From Fibrobacter sp. (GTDB lineage: Bacteria > Fibrobacterota > Fibrobacteria > Fibrobacterales > Fibrobacteraceae), in assembly GCA_045598645.1 (NCBI GenBank), contig JAZLMK010000082.1, positions 18,159-82,158 of the forward strand: a stretch of DNA of 64,000 nt. The letters run 5' to 3'. The notes under the pieces are model-generated. The model did no database searches. It was not told the DNA's origin and saw only the letters and a program-made list of their open reading frames with translations. This document shows positions 20,592-30,884 of this stretch, one piece after another. The translations under genes were made by a program, and so were the position numbers. Within the stretch, counting starts at the first letter, position 1. Each line of letters begins with the position of its first letter.

Positions 20592-21567
20592 AATAATCTT
20601 CCGATTACATCACAAAAGAAAATATCATCGCCTACATGCCGGCCATGATCTTTGCCAGTCTATTCAAAGAAGAGAACATTGAACTTACAAGCAACGACAT
20701 TAACGGCCCGTATTTTCAATCGGCATTCAACAGGAATTCTACACCTGCAAAAACGACCAAGAATTTGGTTATTATAATGATGGAACGTTTCGAAAGCTGG
20801 GTCATTGACAACAGCCATAAGTTCGGAAACTCCATGCCAAACTTCACCAAATTCACCCAAGGCGAGCACATTCTCTACGCATCAAAAGTCAAGTCACAGG
20901 CCAAATTCGGTGTCTCCGGTGATGGTCAGATGCTTGTAAACTCTGGGCTTTTGCCCATTTCCGAAAAAGCGGCTTGCATAGCGTATGGCAGCAATAAATA
21001 TCCTGGGCTTGGTGAACTTTATGAGAATTCCACCCTCATTAATCCCTGTCCAACCAACGTTTGGAACCAAAGGCAAATGACTCGCAACTACGGGTACAAA
21101 AAACAAATTCAAACCGACGACCAAGAAGACCGATCCGTTTTTAAATTTCTCGTGAACCACATTGATACAGCCAAGTCCCCTTTCATCACTATGGGCATAT
21201 CCATCGACACCCATCTACCATTTGAAAAATACAGCAACACCCAGGTAGATCTTCCGAATGGCACAACGACCTCCGCAAATTCGCTTCAGAAAACCAGCTG
21301 ATTTTTGACGGAAACAACTACGTCCCGCTCATCATTTACGATCCAGACATTCAAGGAAACCAGCACATTAGCGAGTTGGTTTACCAAATGGACGTTTTTC
21401 CAACCATTTTACACCTATTGAGGTCCGAAAACTACTATTTCAAAGGATTCGGCGTAAATATATTGGACAGCAACGCAAGGTTTTCCAGGTATTACACCGA
21501 AAGCAAAACTTTTGAAATATCTGAAAAAATTATCACCAACAATTACCTTTCCCAAATGGCTGAATAA
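20581..21567 (+). pseudogene. Fragmented LTA-synthase / sulfatase-family gene
   Basis: NLVIIMMERFESW, SIDTH.PF, YVPLII and YQMDVFPTILHL motifs lie in different frames; the membrane domain and part of the catalytic region are missing. Confidence 0.7.
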
Positions 21568-21663
21568 ATCATCTAAAGTGCCGTGGTAAATCCACAAAAG
21601 GCAACTATCTCTCTATCGGGCTTTTACTAAATTTACGTTTAAGTAACTGCAGGAATGCCCATT

Positions 21664-22779
21664 ATGAGTGAAAATAAAAAGATTACCGTCACCTCGCCCC
21701 TTCTCCCGGACTTGAACGAATTCAAGACCATGCTGGATGATATCTGGAACCGCAAGTGGCTCACCAATAACGGGTACTACCACAAAGAACTAGAGAGGGC
21801 TCTAGCAGAGTACCTAGGTGTAGAGTATATCAGCCTGTTCACCAACGGAACTCTTCCCCTTATCACAGCTCTGCAGGCAATGAAGATTACCGGCGAAGTC
21901 ATCACGACTCCGTACAGTTTCGTCGCAACGACACACTCCATCTGGTGGAACGGCCTCAAGCCGGTCTTCGTCGATGTTGATGAAGCGACAGGCAACATTG
22001 ATCCCGAGAAAATCGAAGCCGCAATTACGCCGCACACAACAGCCATCATGCCTGTGCATGTGTACGGAACTCCATGCAACACGAAGCGCATTCAGGAAAT
22101 CGCAGATATCTACGGACTCAAGATTATTTACGACGCGGCCCACGCCTTTGGCGTAAAGAAGGATGGAGAATCCGTCTTAAAAGCTGGCGATATGAGCACA
22201 CTGAGTTTCCACGCCACCAAGGTTTACAACACTGTTGAAGGTGGAGCCCTTGTTTGTCATGACGAAGCTACCAAGAAGCGTATTGACTTCCTAAAAAACT
22301 TCGGCTTTAACGGAGAGACCACAGTAGTTGCACCCGGCATCAACAGCAAGATGGATGAAATCCGATCTGCCTACGGTCTTTTGAATCTAAAGCAGGTAGA
22401 CGACGCAATCGCCAAACGCAAGGCAGTCGCGGAAAAATATCGCGAAGCATTGAAGAACATTGCAGGCATCCGCTGTCTCCAGGATATCAAAGGTGTCCAC
22501 CATAACTACGCCTACTTCCCAATTTTCATAAGCGAGGAATACGGCGTAAGCCGCGACGATCTTTACGCCAAATTGCAGGAACACAATATCTTTGGCCGTC
22601 GTTACTTCTATCCTCTAATCAGCACATTCTCCGCATACAAGGGTCTTGAATCAGCAAATCCTAAAAATCTTCCTGTTGCACATAAGTTGGCAGACCAAGT
22701 GCTATGTCTCCCCATGTTTGCAGGGCTTGACGATGAAGGTGTAAACCGCGTTATCGACGTTGTTGTCAACAAGAAATAA
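21664..22779 (+). CDS. vioA: DegT/DnrJ aminotransferase, VioA-like (dTDP-4-amino-4,6-dideoxyglucose synthase)
   Basis: WLTNNG, PVHVYG, YDAAHAFG, SFHATKVYNTVEGG, GINSKMDE and RRYFYP motifs. Confidence 0.8.
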   Translation: MSENKKITVTSPLLPDLNEFKTMLDDIWNRKWLTNNGYYHKELERALAEYLGVEYISLFTNGTLPLITALQAMKITGEVITTPYSFVATTHSIWWNGLKPVFVDVDEATGNIDPEKIEAAITPHTTAIMPVHVYGTPCNTKRIQEIADIYGLKIIYDAAHAFGVKKDGESVLKAGDMSTLSFHATKVYNTVEGGALVCHDEATKKRIDFLKNFGFNGETTVVAPGINSKMDEIRSAYGLLNLKQVDDAIAKRKAVAEKYREALKNIAGIRCLQDIKGVHHNYAYFPIFISEEYGVSRDDLYAKLQEHNIFGRRYFYPLISTFSAYKGLESANPKNLPVAHKLADQVLCLPMFAGLDDEGVNRVIDVVVNKK

Positions 22780-22788
22780 GGTATCGAT

Positions 22789-23997
22789 ATGCCCACCAAA
22801 AAGCTGATGTTACTTGGCGGTCTCCGCTACCTCATTCCCGTCATTGAGGAAGCCCACAAACTGGGTATTTATGTCATTACAGCAGACTACCTGCCAAACA
22901 ACATTGCGCATAAATACTCTGACGAGTATTGCAACGTCAGCATCATCGACAAGGAAGCTGTTCTTGCAACGGCCAGGGAACTAAAAATTGACGGAATTCT
23001 ATCTCATGCGGTAGACCCTGGAGTCACCACTGCAGCCTATGTTGCGGAACAGATGGGATTACCCTTCCAATGCTCCTACGAAGCAGCCTGCATTTTCCAG
23101 GACAAGTCTAAGTTCCGAGCATTCCTTGCGGCCAATGGATTCAACTGTCCCAAGGCCAAAGGTTACGACAACACAGAAGACGCCCTTAAGGACATTGATT
23201 ATTTCAACTGGCCTGTCATCGTAAAACCGGTTGACTCCGCCGGCAGTAAAGGCGTTACCAAGGTTGAAAGCAAGACCGACTTGCCTGCAGCAATTTCTAC
23301 AGCACTTTCTGCATCCATTAGCAAGAGTTTCGTTATTGAAGACTTTCTGGACAAGGTGGGGGCGCAATCTAGCGCAGACATCTTTACCGTAAACGGTCAA
23401 TTGGTCTATCCGGCATATTCCGATCAACTGTTTGACAAGAATGCAGCCAACCCGTACACACCAGCTATTGAAATCTGGCCCGCCTCCATGGAACAAAAAT
23501 TCCAGGATGATCTAACGGAGCAACTTCAGAGATTATTCACCTTGCTAAAGGTGAAATCTGGCATCTACAATGTGGAAAGCCGAGTATGCTCCAACGGCAA
23601 GGCTTACATCATGGAAGTGAGCCCAAGAGGCGGTGGCAACCGCATCGCAGAACTTCAAGACATGGCTACGGGCCAAAGCCTAATCCAGAATGAAGTCAAG
23701 AAAGCCTTAGGCATGCAAATGGACAACATTACGCCCCCCGTTTACGATGGGGTCTGGTGCAATTACATTTTGCACTCCTCCAAGGAGGGAACTCTGGTTT
23801 CAATAAACATCGATCCCAAATTCCAGCAGAAGTTTGTCCGCGACATCGGATTGATCGTGAATCCAGGCGACCACATTGTGCCCTTTTCAGGAGCAAATAC
23901 TTCGCTGGGAACACTATTCATCCGTTGCCAAAGCCACGAAGAATTAAACTCTGTGCTAAGCAACATCAGCCAGTACGTAAATATCGTTCTGAACTAA
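22789..23997 (+). CDS. ATP-grasp ligase
   Basis: DKSKFR, PVIVKPVDSAGSKGV, IEDFL and MEVSPRGGG motifs. Confidence 0.85.
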   Translation: MPTKKLMLLGGLRYLIPVIEEAHKLGIYVITADYLPNNIAHKYSDEYCNVSIIDKEAVLATARELKIDGILSHAVDPGVTTAAYVAEQMGLPFQCSYEAACIFQDKSKFRAFLAANGFNCPKAKGYDNTEDALKDIDYFNWPVIVKPVDSAGSKGVTKVESKTDLPAAISTALSASISKSFVIEDFLDKVGAQSSADIFTVNGQLVYPAYSDQLFDKNAANPYTPAIEIWPASMEQKFQDDLTEQLQRLFTLLKVKSGIYNVESRVCSNGKAYIMEVSPRGGGNRIAELQDMATGQSLIQNEVKKALGMQMDNITPPVYDGVWCNYILHSSKEGTLVSINIDPKFQQKFVRDIGLIVNPGDHIVPFSGANTSLGTLFIRCQSHEELNSVLSNISQYVNIVLN

Positions 23998-24010
23998 AGG
24001 GAATTCAATA

Positions 24011-24985
24011 ATGAAACCCATCGGAGGCTATTTTGAATGGGAGTTCCCATCCGCAGAGAAATACACCCTGCATGAAAATGCTGTTTTTTTGAATAGCGGA
24101 CGTCACTCCTTTGAATATATCTTACGAGGTTTACCCAACGTAAGAACAGTCTGGATTCCATATTTCACATGTGATGTTGTGTTACAGCCTCTTCAAAAGA
24201 TGGGGCTATCCTGGAAATTTTATCACATCAATGAAAAATTTGAAATAGCTGATAAAATCAAATTAAGCCAGGACGAAATTCTTGTTTACACAAACTACTA
24301 CGGGATCATGGATAGTTATTGCAAACATATCGTAGAAGTTTTTAAAGATCGAGTGATTCTAGACAATGCACAAGCCCTTTTTTGCAAAGCATTCCCCAAC
24401 GGAAATCAATTTTACAGCCCCCGCAAATTCATGGGATTGCCTGACGGAGGCATCGTCGTAGCAACAATTCCTGACACTTCTACGGATTTGCCCATAGACC
24501 ATTCATTCGACCGATGTTCCCACCTTTTAAAGCGCTTAGAGCTTGTCCCCTCAGATGGATACGGCGATTTCAAAGCGAATAGCAGGAAAATTGCGGAATC
24601 TGCTCTTTGCAGAATGAGCAACATTTCTAAATCTATTCTTTTTTCGGCAAACCTCGATAGAATCAAACAAAGACGACGTGAAAATTTTTCTACACTTCAC
24701 AAAGTATTGGCTAAAACAAACAGGTTGGTTATTCCGTCAATAGATTCTTTTGAATGTCCTTTGATCTATCCTTATTGGTCAAGCAATGGAAACGTTCTCA
24801 AGAAAAAATTGATTGAGCAGGACATCTTTGTTGCAACGTACTGGCCCAATGTATTTGACTGGGCTGCAGAAAAAGATTTAGAATACTGCATTGCAAACAA
24901 TGTAGTATGTCTACCAATCGACCAAAGATACGACAGTGCAGACATGGAAAGAATTACAAAGGTAATCCAAGAGGAAATGAAATGA
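24011..24985 (+). CDS. Divergent DegT-like PLP-fold protein
   Basis: IGGYFE, NSGR, DNAQA, YSPRKFMGLPDGG and LPIDQRY motifs. Confidence 0.7.
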   Translation: MKPIGGYFEWEFPSAEKYTLHENAVFLNSGRHSFEYILRGLPNVRTVWIPYFTCDVVLQPLQKMGLSWKFYHINEKFEIADKIKLSQDEILVYTNYYGIMDSYCKHIVEVFKDRVILDNAQALFCKAFPNGNQFYSPRKFMGLPDGGIVVATIPDTSTDLPIDHSFDRCSHLLKRLELVPSDGYGDFKANSRKIAESALCRMSNISKSILFSANLDRIKQRRRENFSTLHKVLAKTNRLVIPSIDSFECPLIYPYWSSNGNVLKKKLIEQDIFVATYWPNVFDWAAEKDLEYCIANNVVCLPIDQRYDSADMERITKVIQEEMK

Positions 24986-26262
24986 GCGATCTAAAGGGAA
25001 AAAAACTTCTCATTATCGGCGCCACAAAAACCGAGAGTGATATTGTACGTTACGCAAAGGCTGCAGGTATATACACAATCGTCGCTGATTACCACCCAGA
25101 TTCTCCGGCAAAAAAAGACGCTGACAAAGCCGTTTTAGTAGATGCACTGAATGTTGATGATCTTGTTGAGCTCTGCAAAAAAGAAAAAGTTGACGGCGTA
25201 ATCACAGGCTTTGTTGACATTTTGCTTAGGCCCTACATGGAAGTTTGCAAACGACTTGGCTTGCCTTGCTATATCACTGAAAAAATGCTAAGCATGTCCA
25301 CCAACAAGGTTGATTTCAAGGAAACATGTGATAAATATGGCGTTCCTGTTCCACAGACTTACCTCATGGGTAATAAAATTGACAGGAAAATTCTCGATTG
25401 CATTTCCTACCCCGTATTTGTAAAGCCTCTTGATGGCAGCGGATCTCGCGGCGCAGGAGTTTGTCATAACGAGAAAGAACTCAAGGACCGATTCGAAGAA
25501 GCAGTAAGTTATTCTGCTAGTGGAAACGCAATCATTGAAGATTATATCAGTGGACGAGAATTCCTTTTAGACTATATTGCTGTCAACGGAGAATTTAGAC
25601 TTCTATCAATCTTTGATCGCTTTATGGCATCAGACCGTGGTAGCGCAATCAATTACTCCACCATCAGCATGTCGCCCTCTAAAGCCGTTGATTTCTACCT
25701 TGACAACATAAATCAGACCGTCATCAACATGTTCAAAAGCGAAGGTTTCACGGATGGAGTATTGTTCATGCAAGGATACTTCGACGGAACTAGAATTAAA
25801 TTCTTTGAAATGGGTTGTCGTCTCGGAGGCTCCTATTTCAACCATGAGCAAGCTTGTCTTGGCTACAACGCCATGGACATGATTATTCAATTCGCTTTGA
25901 CAGGAAAAATGGTCGAGGACATTAATACCATTAGTGAAGAATCTGCAAGGTACAAAAAATACGCATTGGACTGCAACTATCTTCTAAAGGGATTCGACGA
26001 AACCGTAACAACCATCAAGGGAATGGAAAAAATAGAATCTCTTCCTGAATGTATTGAAATCCAAAAGTATCATGATGTCGGATACCACTACAGCAAAGAC
26101 CGAACTGTTGATAGACCAATGATGGTTGCTGAAATCGTCGCCGAAAGCAAGGACGACGTATTCAGACTGGTAAACTTTATCAACAAGGAATATGATGTTC
26201 TTAATGAACACGGAGACTCTTTGCTGATGGAAAAACTTGATCCAGACGCTCTATTTCAGTAA
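24982..26262 (+). CDS. ATP-grasp ligase (second)
   Basis: NKVDFK, YPVFVKPLDGSGSRG, IIEDYI.G.E and FEMGCRLGG motifs; ATGA overlap with the upstream gene. Confidence 0.85.
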   Translation: MSDLKGKKLLIIGATKTESDIVRYAKAAGIYTIVADYHPDSPAKKDADKAVLVDALNVDDLVELCKKEKVDGVITGFVDILLRPYMEVCKRLGLPCYITEKMLSMSTNKVDFKETCDKYGVPVPQTYLMGNKIDRKILDCISYPVFVKPLDGSGSRGAGVCHNEKELKDRFEEAVSYSASGNAIIEDYISGREFLLDYIAVNGEFRLLSIFDRFMASDRGSAINYSTISMSPSKAVDFYLDNINQTVINMFKSEGFTDGVLFMQGYFDGTRIKFFEMGCRLGGSYFNHEQACLGYNAMDMIIQFALTGKMVEDINTISEESARYKKYALDCNYLLKGFDETVTTIKGMEKIESLPECIEIQKYHDVGYHYSKDRTVDRPMMVAEIVAESKDDVFRLVNFINKEYDVLNEHGDSLLMEKLDPDALFQ

Positions 26263-26306
26263 GATTCGCGAATTCTCATCGTCAAGTAAATCCAATCCTG
26301 GCTGAA

Positions 26307-26342
26307 AACAAAAAAATCCCTAGGAAATGAAGCCTAGGGATG
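26307..26342 (-). terminator. Terminator-like hairpin oriented for a minus-strand transcript
   Basis: A-tract followed by ATCCCTAGG-aaatgaag-CCTAGGGAT. Confidence 0.55.
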
Positions 26343-26356
26343 GTTAGGTTTCTAAC

Positions 26357-26965
26357 TTGTATTTTGACGCCAATGGCGTCTGGTCACCAGACGAGATTGT
26401 CGGTCGCAGAACAAATGATGGACTGACTATCCCAAGTGTCCCTACAATCTACCGCCGTATCAAAGGCGTGGACAAATTCAAGCCGCACCTCAGACATGGC
26501 GGCAAGAAATATCGTAGACGGGGTCCGGTCAAGGACCGGAGAGGCTCCATTACAGGGCAAGTATCCATCGACTTGCGACCTGCGATAGTCGACAAGAAGT
26601 GCCGTTTCGGGGATTTCGAGATAGACCTGATCAACAGAGCTCACCACAAAAAGAATCTGTTTACGGCTAACGACAGAATGTCCGGATTCTGCATCCTGAA
26701 ACCGCTAGCTACAAAGGATGCGACGGATTTGGCGAACACATCCACCCGTACCATTCCTGGGAGCGAGGCGCGAACGAGAACATGAACGTGCTCATACGGC
26801 AATACCTGCCGAAGGGAACCTCGTTTGAGGATTTGACAAGGGAAGAAGTTAAGTGGATTGAACGGAAATTAAACCATCGACCAAGAAAAAGACTTGGATA
26901 TTTGACTCCGTTAGAGTATATTTCTAGTCAAGTTAAACAAATTTACTTGGCGACTTAAATCCGCC
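26357..26965 (+). mobile_element. IS30-family transposase remnant
   Basis: WSPDEI.GR..TIYR and SIDLRP...RFGDFEID motifs, then after a deletion/frameshift HPYHSWERGANENMN.LIRQYLPK...LNHRPRKRLGYLTP. The N-terminus and the middle D region are missing. Confidence 0.85.
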
Positions 26966-27015
26966 ATTCAATTTTTATCAACCTATATACCTTTAGAACA
27001 AAAGGAGACCATTCC

Positions 27016-28068
27016 ATGAAGATTGCAATTATTGGCGCAGGTAATTCCGGTTGCGCACAATCGATAAAATTAATGCAAAATGGCCATCAGGTAAATTTGA
27101 TCAAGACGTCTCACAGTCTGCACGACGATAATTTCGATTACCTTGTAAAAACAGGAAAAATCAGTTGTCTCGATACAACCGACAACAATAGAGAATTCTC
27201 CCTTGAGCCAAGCCTAATCACAAGAGATTTAGAAAAAGGTCTTGAAGGCACCGAAGTCGTCATGATTTTAACACAGAGTCTGCAACATCGTGATTTGGCT
27301 TCCAAGATCGGGCCCTTACTTAAGGACGGTCAGATAGTATTCCTTATTCCCGGCAACATGGGGTCAACCCAATTCGCCAAATACACCAAAGGCAAGCACA
27401 TCATTTACGTAGAAGGCGAATCAACGCCCTACGACGCCCGAATCATAGCCCCCGGCAAGGTTGAAATCCTTTTCAAGAACGTCCGAAACGCAGTTTCTTT
27501 CCTCCACAAGGAAGACGAGAAATATTTGCCCGTCGTGACATCCCTGTTCGGTACACACAAGTTCCTGAGAACAAACATCATCGAATCCACACTGCACAAC
27601 CCCAACATGGTAGTCCATACTATTGGCGCAATCATGTCTGCAAGCCGTATTGAGTACGCCAAGGGTGAATTCTGGATGTACCGTGAATCATTTTCACCTT
27701 CCATCTGGAACATGATTGAAAAGCTGGATGAAGAAAAGAAGCAAGTTATTCGAGCCTATGGCGGTGAAAACGCAATCAACTATCTTGACGCATGCAAATG
27801 GAGAAACGAAGAAGACCTTTCCATAGACAGCCTTCAAGTATTTAGGAACTATGCGGCAACAGGAGGTCCCAAGGGCCCGGACAGTCTGAACACACGCTAC
27901 ATCTACGAAGATGTTCCAATGGAATTGTGCATGTTGGAAAAACTTGCAGCCTACAAGGGTATCGCCACACCAATTGCGTCAGCATTAATCACCATAGCCT
28001 CCGCCTTGAAATCCACCGACTACAGGAAGACCAGCTACGACATTTCCGACATAAAGGATTACATTTAG
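27016..28068 (+). CDS. NAD/NADP octopine/nopaline (opine) dehydrogenase family protein
   Basis: IAIIGAGNSG, PGNMGS, LHNPNMVVH and GP...TRYIYEDVP..L motifs. Confidence 0.85.
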   Translation: MKIAIIGAGNSGCAQSIKLMQNGHQVNLIKTSHSLHDDNFDYLVKTGKISCLDTTDNNREFSLEPSLITRDLEKGLEGTEVVMILTQSLQHRDLASKIGPLLKDGQIVFLIPGNMGSTQFAKYTKGKHIIYVEGESTPYDARIIAPGKVEILFKNVRNAVSFLHKEDEKYLPVVTSLFGTHKFLRTNIIESTLHNPNMVVHTIGAIMSASRIEYAKGEFWMYRESFSPSIWNMIEKLDEEKKQVIRAYGGENAINYLDACKWRNEEDLSIDSLQVFRNYAATGGPKGPDSLNTRYIYEDVPMELCMLEKLAAYKGIATPIASALITIASALKSTDYRKTSYDISDIKDYI

Positions 28069-28081
28069 GTTTTTTAGCACC

Positions 28082-29038
28082 ATGAATGATCAACCACTCG
28101 TTAGCATTCTTTGCGCGGCATTTAATCAAGAAAAATACATAGCTCAAACGATTGAAGGCTTTCTCATGCAGAAGGTCGACTTTCCCGTTGAAATCATCAT
28201 ACACGATGATGCGTCAACAGACAGGACAGCCGACATCATCCGCAAGTACGAGAAAGAGTACCCGAACAAGATAAAAGGCATTTACCAAACAGAAAACCAA
28301 TATTCAAAAAAGGTTCCAATTTGGGATACGTTCATCTACCCTAAGGCAACGGGAAAATACTTCGCCGAGTGTGAAGGCGACGATTACTGGACAGACCCCA
28401 ACAAGCTGAAAATGCAAGTTGACTTTCTAGAAAGTCACGAAGACTATGTCGCAATTGGCCACAACGTACACATCGTTGACGACAGCGGTGCTCCCATGAC
28501 CCAGGACAATCCCATCTGGAGAAAGTGGTTCACCACCTATACCTGCATGGAAGACAGGGACTACACCCTTCAGGATTTTGAAAAAGGAATCATGTTCGGT
28601 CATAGCTGCACTCGCATATTCAGAAGTTCCATCCAAAAACGGCAAGCGGATCCGAATCGAAAGGAAATCAAAATGAGCCACACAAATGGCGACGTGGCCT
28701 TATCACTCCGCTGCTTTTGCACTGGAAAAGTTCGCTGTTGTTCATTAGTAGCTGCAGACCACAGAAAGTCCATATCCAATGACAGCTGGACATCCAAGAC
28801 CTACAAAAAGAACATGACCCGTCGCGACATTCTCTCCCTTTTTGAACAGGAGGAATTCGCCAACAGCTATGGAATTTTTCCGGACTTTACAGACCAGCAA
28901 TATCGTCATGTTCGTGCATCCTTCAAGCTTTTCCTTCATACCAAGAGTTGGAAGGATTTTTCCATATTCATAGGCAATCTACGGATTATAAAACACAAAC
29001 TGAAATTTCTCAAAAGACTTTTCAGGTTGGGCAAGTAA
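28082..29038 (+). CDS. Glycosyltransferase family 2
   Basis: PLVSILC..FNQEKYI, IIHDDASTD and CEGDDYW motifs. Confidence 0.9.
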   Translation: MNDQPLVSILCAAFNQEKYIAQTIEGFLMQKVDFPVEIIIHDDASTDRTADIIRKYEKEYPNKIKGIYQTENQYSKKVPIWDTFIYPKATGKYFAECEGDDYWTDPNKLKMQVDFLESHEDYVAIGHNVHIVDDSGAPMTQDNPIWRKWFTTYTCMEDRDYTLQDFEKGIMFGHSCTRIFRSSIQKRQADPNRKEIKMSHTNGDVALSLRCFCTGKVRCCSLVAADHRKSISNDSWTSKTYKKNMTRRDILSLFEQEEFANSYGIFPDFTDQQYRHVRASFKLFLHTKSWKDFSIFIGNLRIIKHKLKFLKRLFRLGK

Positions 29039-29056
29039 CCCGCAAAAGAGGTTTCC

Positions 29057-30031
29057 ATGACATTCGTCTACGTTCTCGTCAGCAATGAAAAAGACACTTA
29101 TTATGAACAGACCATGATAAGCGCCCAAAGCCTTTTGCAGCACAACGAAGGCGCCAAAGTTGTCATTCTTGTCGACCAGGGAACCGCGGCAACATTTACA
29201 GGCAAGAGAACCTTCCACAAAAAACTTGGTGTAGACATCCGCGAAATCCAGGTTCCCGAGCGATACAATAACCGCGACCGTTCTCGTTTCCTAAAGACCA
29301 CCATGTACAACTACATCGATGAAAATTTTCTCTTTATCGATGGCGACACCTTGGTCTGCGACAGGCTGGATCGTGACGAAATCACAAGCGGAGCCAATGC
29401 GCAAGACATCTGTATCGGCATGGTGCTGGACCGCCACCTAAAAATTTCCGACAGCAGCTACAAGAACTTTTACGAAAAAAGAGCCAATCCACTACATTGG
29501 AGTTCCGGATTCCAGGACAAGCATTTCAACAGCGGCGTTATCTGGGTCAAGAAATCACCTGACGCCCAGAAATTCTTCGAAGAATGGCATAGACTGTGGA
29601 AAGAGACTCTTGAAAAGTATTCCGTCGTTTATGACCAGACCGCGCTAAACGAGGTCAACGCTCGCCTAGGCGGCATCGTAAAGGAAATCGACGGCACCTG
29701 GAACTGCCAAGCGACCCGCAGGTCATCTTTCCTTAAATATCTGCAAGACGCCAAGATTATGCACTACTACGCAAGTTTCGGTCTCACCTGTTTTGACTTG
29801 GCCCACAAGGAAATTCAAAGAACCATCCTTGAAGATGTCCACGACGAACTGGACGCCATCACGGCAAATCCCAAGGCTGCCTTTAGCGCCGTGCAAGACG
29901 TAAATGCGGATTCAACTTCCGTAAAAATTCAAAGAACCTGCTTCTACAGAGCAATCACTTTCTTATACAAGCATTTGAACTTTGTTTACCGCATAATAGA
30001 CAAACTCTGTGGACTGTTCATTCACAAATGA
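29057..30031 (+). CDS. GT-A fold glycosyltransferase (GT8-like)
   Basis: FLFIDGDT, FNSGV, DQTALN, WN.Q and IMHY motifs. Confidence 0.75.
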   Translation: MTFVYVLVSNEKDTYYEQTMISAQSLLQHNEGAKVVILVDQGTAATFTGKRTFHKKLGVDIREIQVPERYNNRDRSRFLKTTMYNYIDENFLFIDGDTLVCDRLDRDEITSGANAQDICIGMVLDRHLKISDSSYKNFYEKRANPLHWSSGFQDKHFNSGVIWVKKSPDAQKFFEEWHRLWKETLEKYSVVYDQTALNEVNARLGGIVKEIDGTWNCQATRRSSFLKYLQDAKIMHYYASFGLTCFDLAHKEIQRTILEDVHDELDAITANPKAAFSAVQDVNADSTSVKIQRTCFYRAITFLYKHLNFVYRIIDKLCGLFIHK

Positions 30032-30861
30032 CCAGAATTTTCTTTTCCTTTTTAACGGCAATCTTATGTATCGGAACCCTCTCCTTTAGCGAGGAATTTC
30101 GTTACGCAACCTGGAACATCCGCTGGGAAGATCCGAAGGACGTAGAAAAAGGGGACAGCTGGGAAAAGCGCAAGGAACCAATCGCGAACGTCATCAAGTT
30201 CCACGACTTCGACATCATAAGCCTTCAGGAAGGAAGCCCCTATCGTCTAAAGCAATTGATGGAACTTCTGCCCGAATATGACATCATCCTGTCCGACTCC
30301 ATGGAATACAATCCCATTGTCGTTCGCAAGGGAATGTTCGACATCGCCGACGTCGGGCGATTCTACCTTTCCAAGACTCCTGAAAAGAAGAGCAAGAGCT
30401 GGGATTCCAAGCACGCCCGATATTGCACCTGGACGAAGCTGAAATTCAACCAAGATTCACTCTACATCTTTAACGTTCATTTCGACTACCATGGAAAGGA
30501 AGCGCAAGCGGAGAGCGCTTTGCTTATGAACAGGAAGATTCTCGCCATCGCGGGCGATGCCCCGTTCATCTTCGCCGGAGACCTGAATTTCACCGACGAA
30601 TCGAAATCATACAAGAACATCGGCACATGTATCAAGATGAACGACGCAAAAAAAATCGCCGAATTTTCAAACGCTCCAAACGGGAGCTACAACCACTTTG
30701 ATCCAACGCGTCAAGGAATCTGGCAAATTGATCATATATTTGTCGCGCCGGGAATAAAGGTTAAACGGTTTGGCATACTAAACGAGACATACTACGACGG
30801 AGAAAAATTCCGCTATCCCTCAGACCACTCCCCCGTCACCATCCGCTTTGAATTAGACTAG
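30028..30861 (+). CDS. Secreted endonuclease/exonuclease/phosphatase-family protein
   Basis: Signal peptide; TWNIR, SLQE, NVHFD, GDLN, IDHIF and SDHSPV motifs. Confidence 0.9.
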   Translation: MTRIFFSFLTAILCIGTLSFSEEFRYATWNIRWEDPKDVEKGDSWEKRKEPIANVIKFHDFDIISLQEGSPYRLKQLMELLPEYDIILSDSMEYNPIVVRKGMFDIADVGRFYLSKTPEKKSKSWDSKHARYCTWTKLKFNQDSLYIFNVHFDYHGKEAQAESALLMNRKILAIAGDAPFIFAGDLNFTDESKSYKNIGTCIKMNDAKKIAEFSNAPNGSYNHFDPTRQGIWQIDHIFVAPGIKVKRFGILNETYYDGEKFRYPSDHSPVTIRFELD

Positions 30862-30884
30862 AATATTATTACTATATTTGAAAA

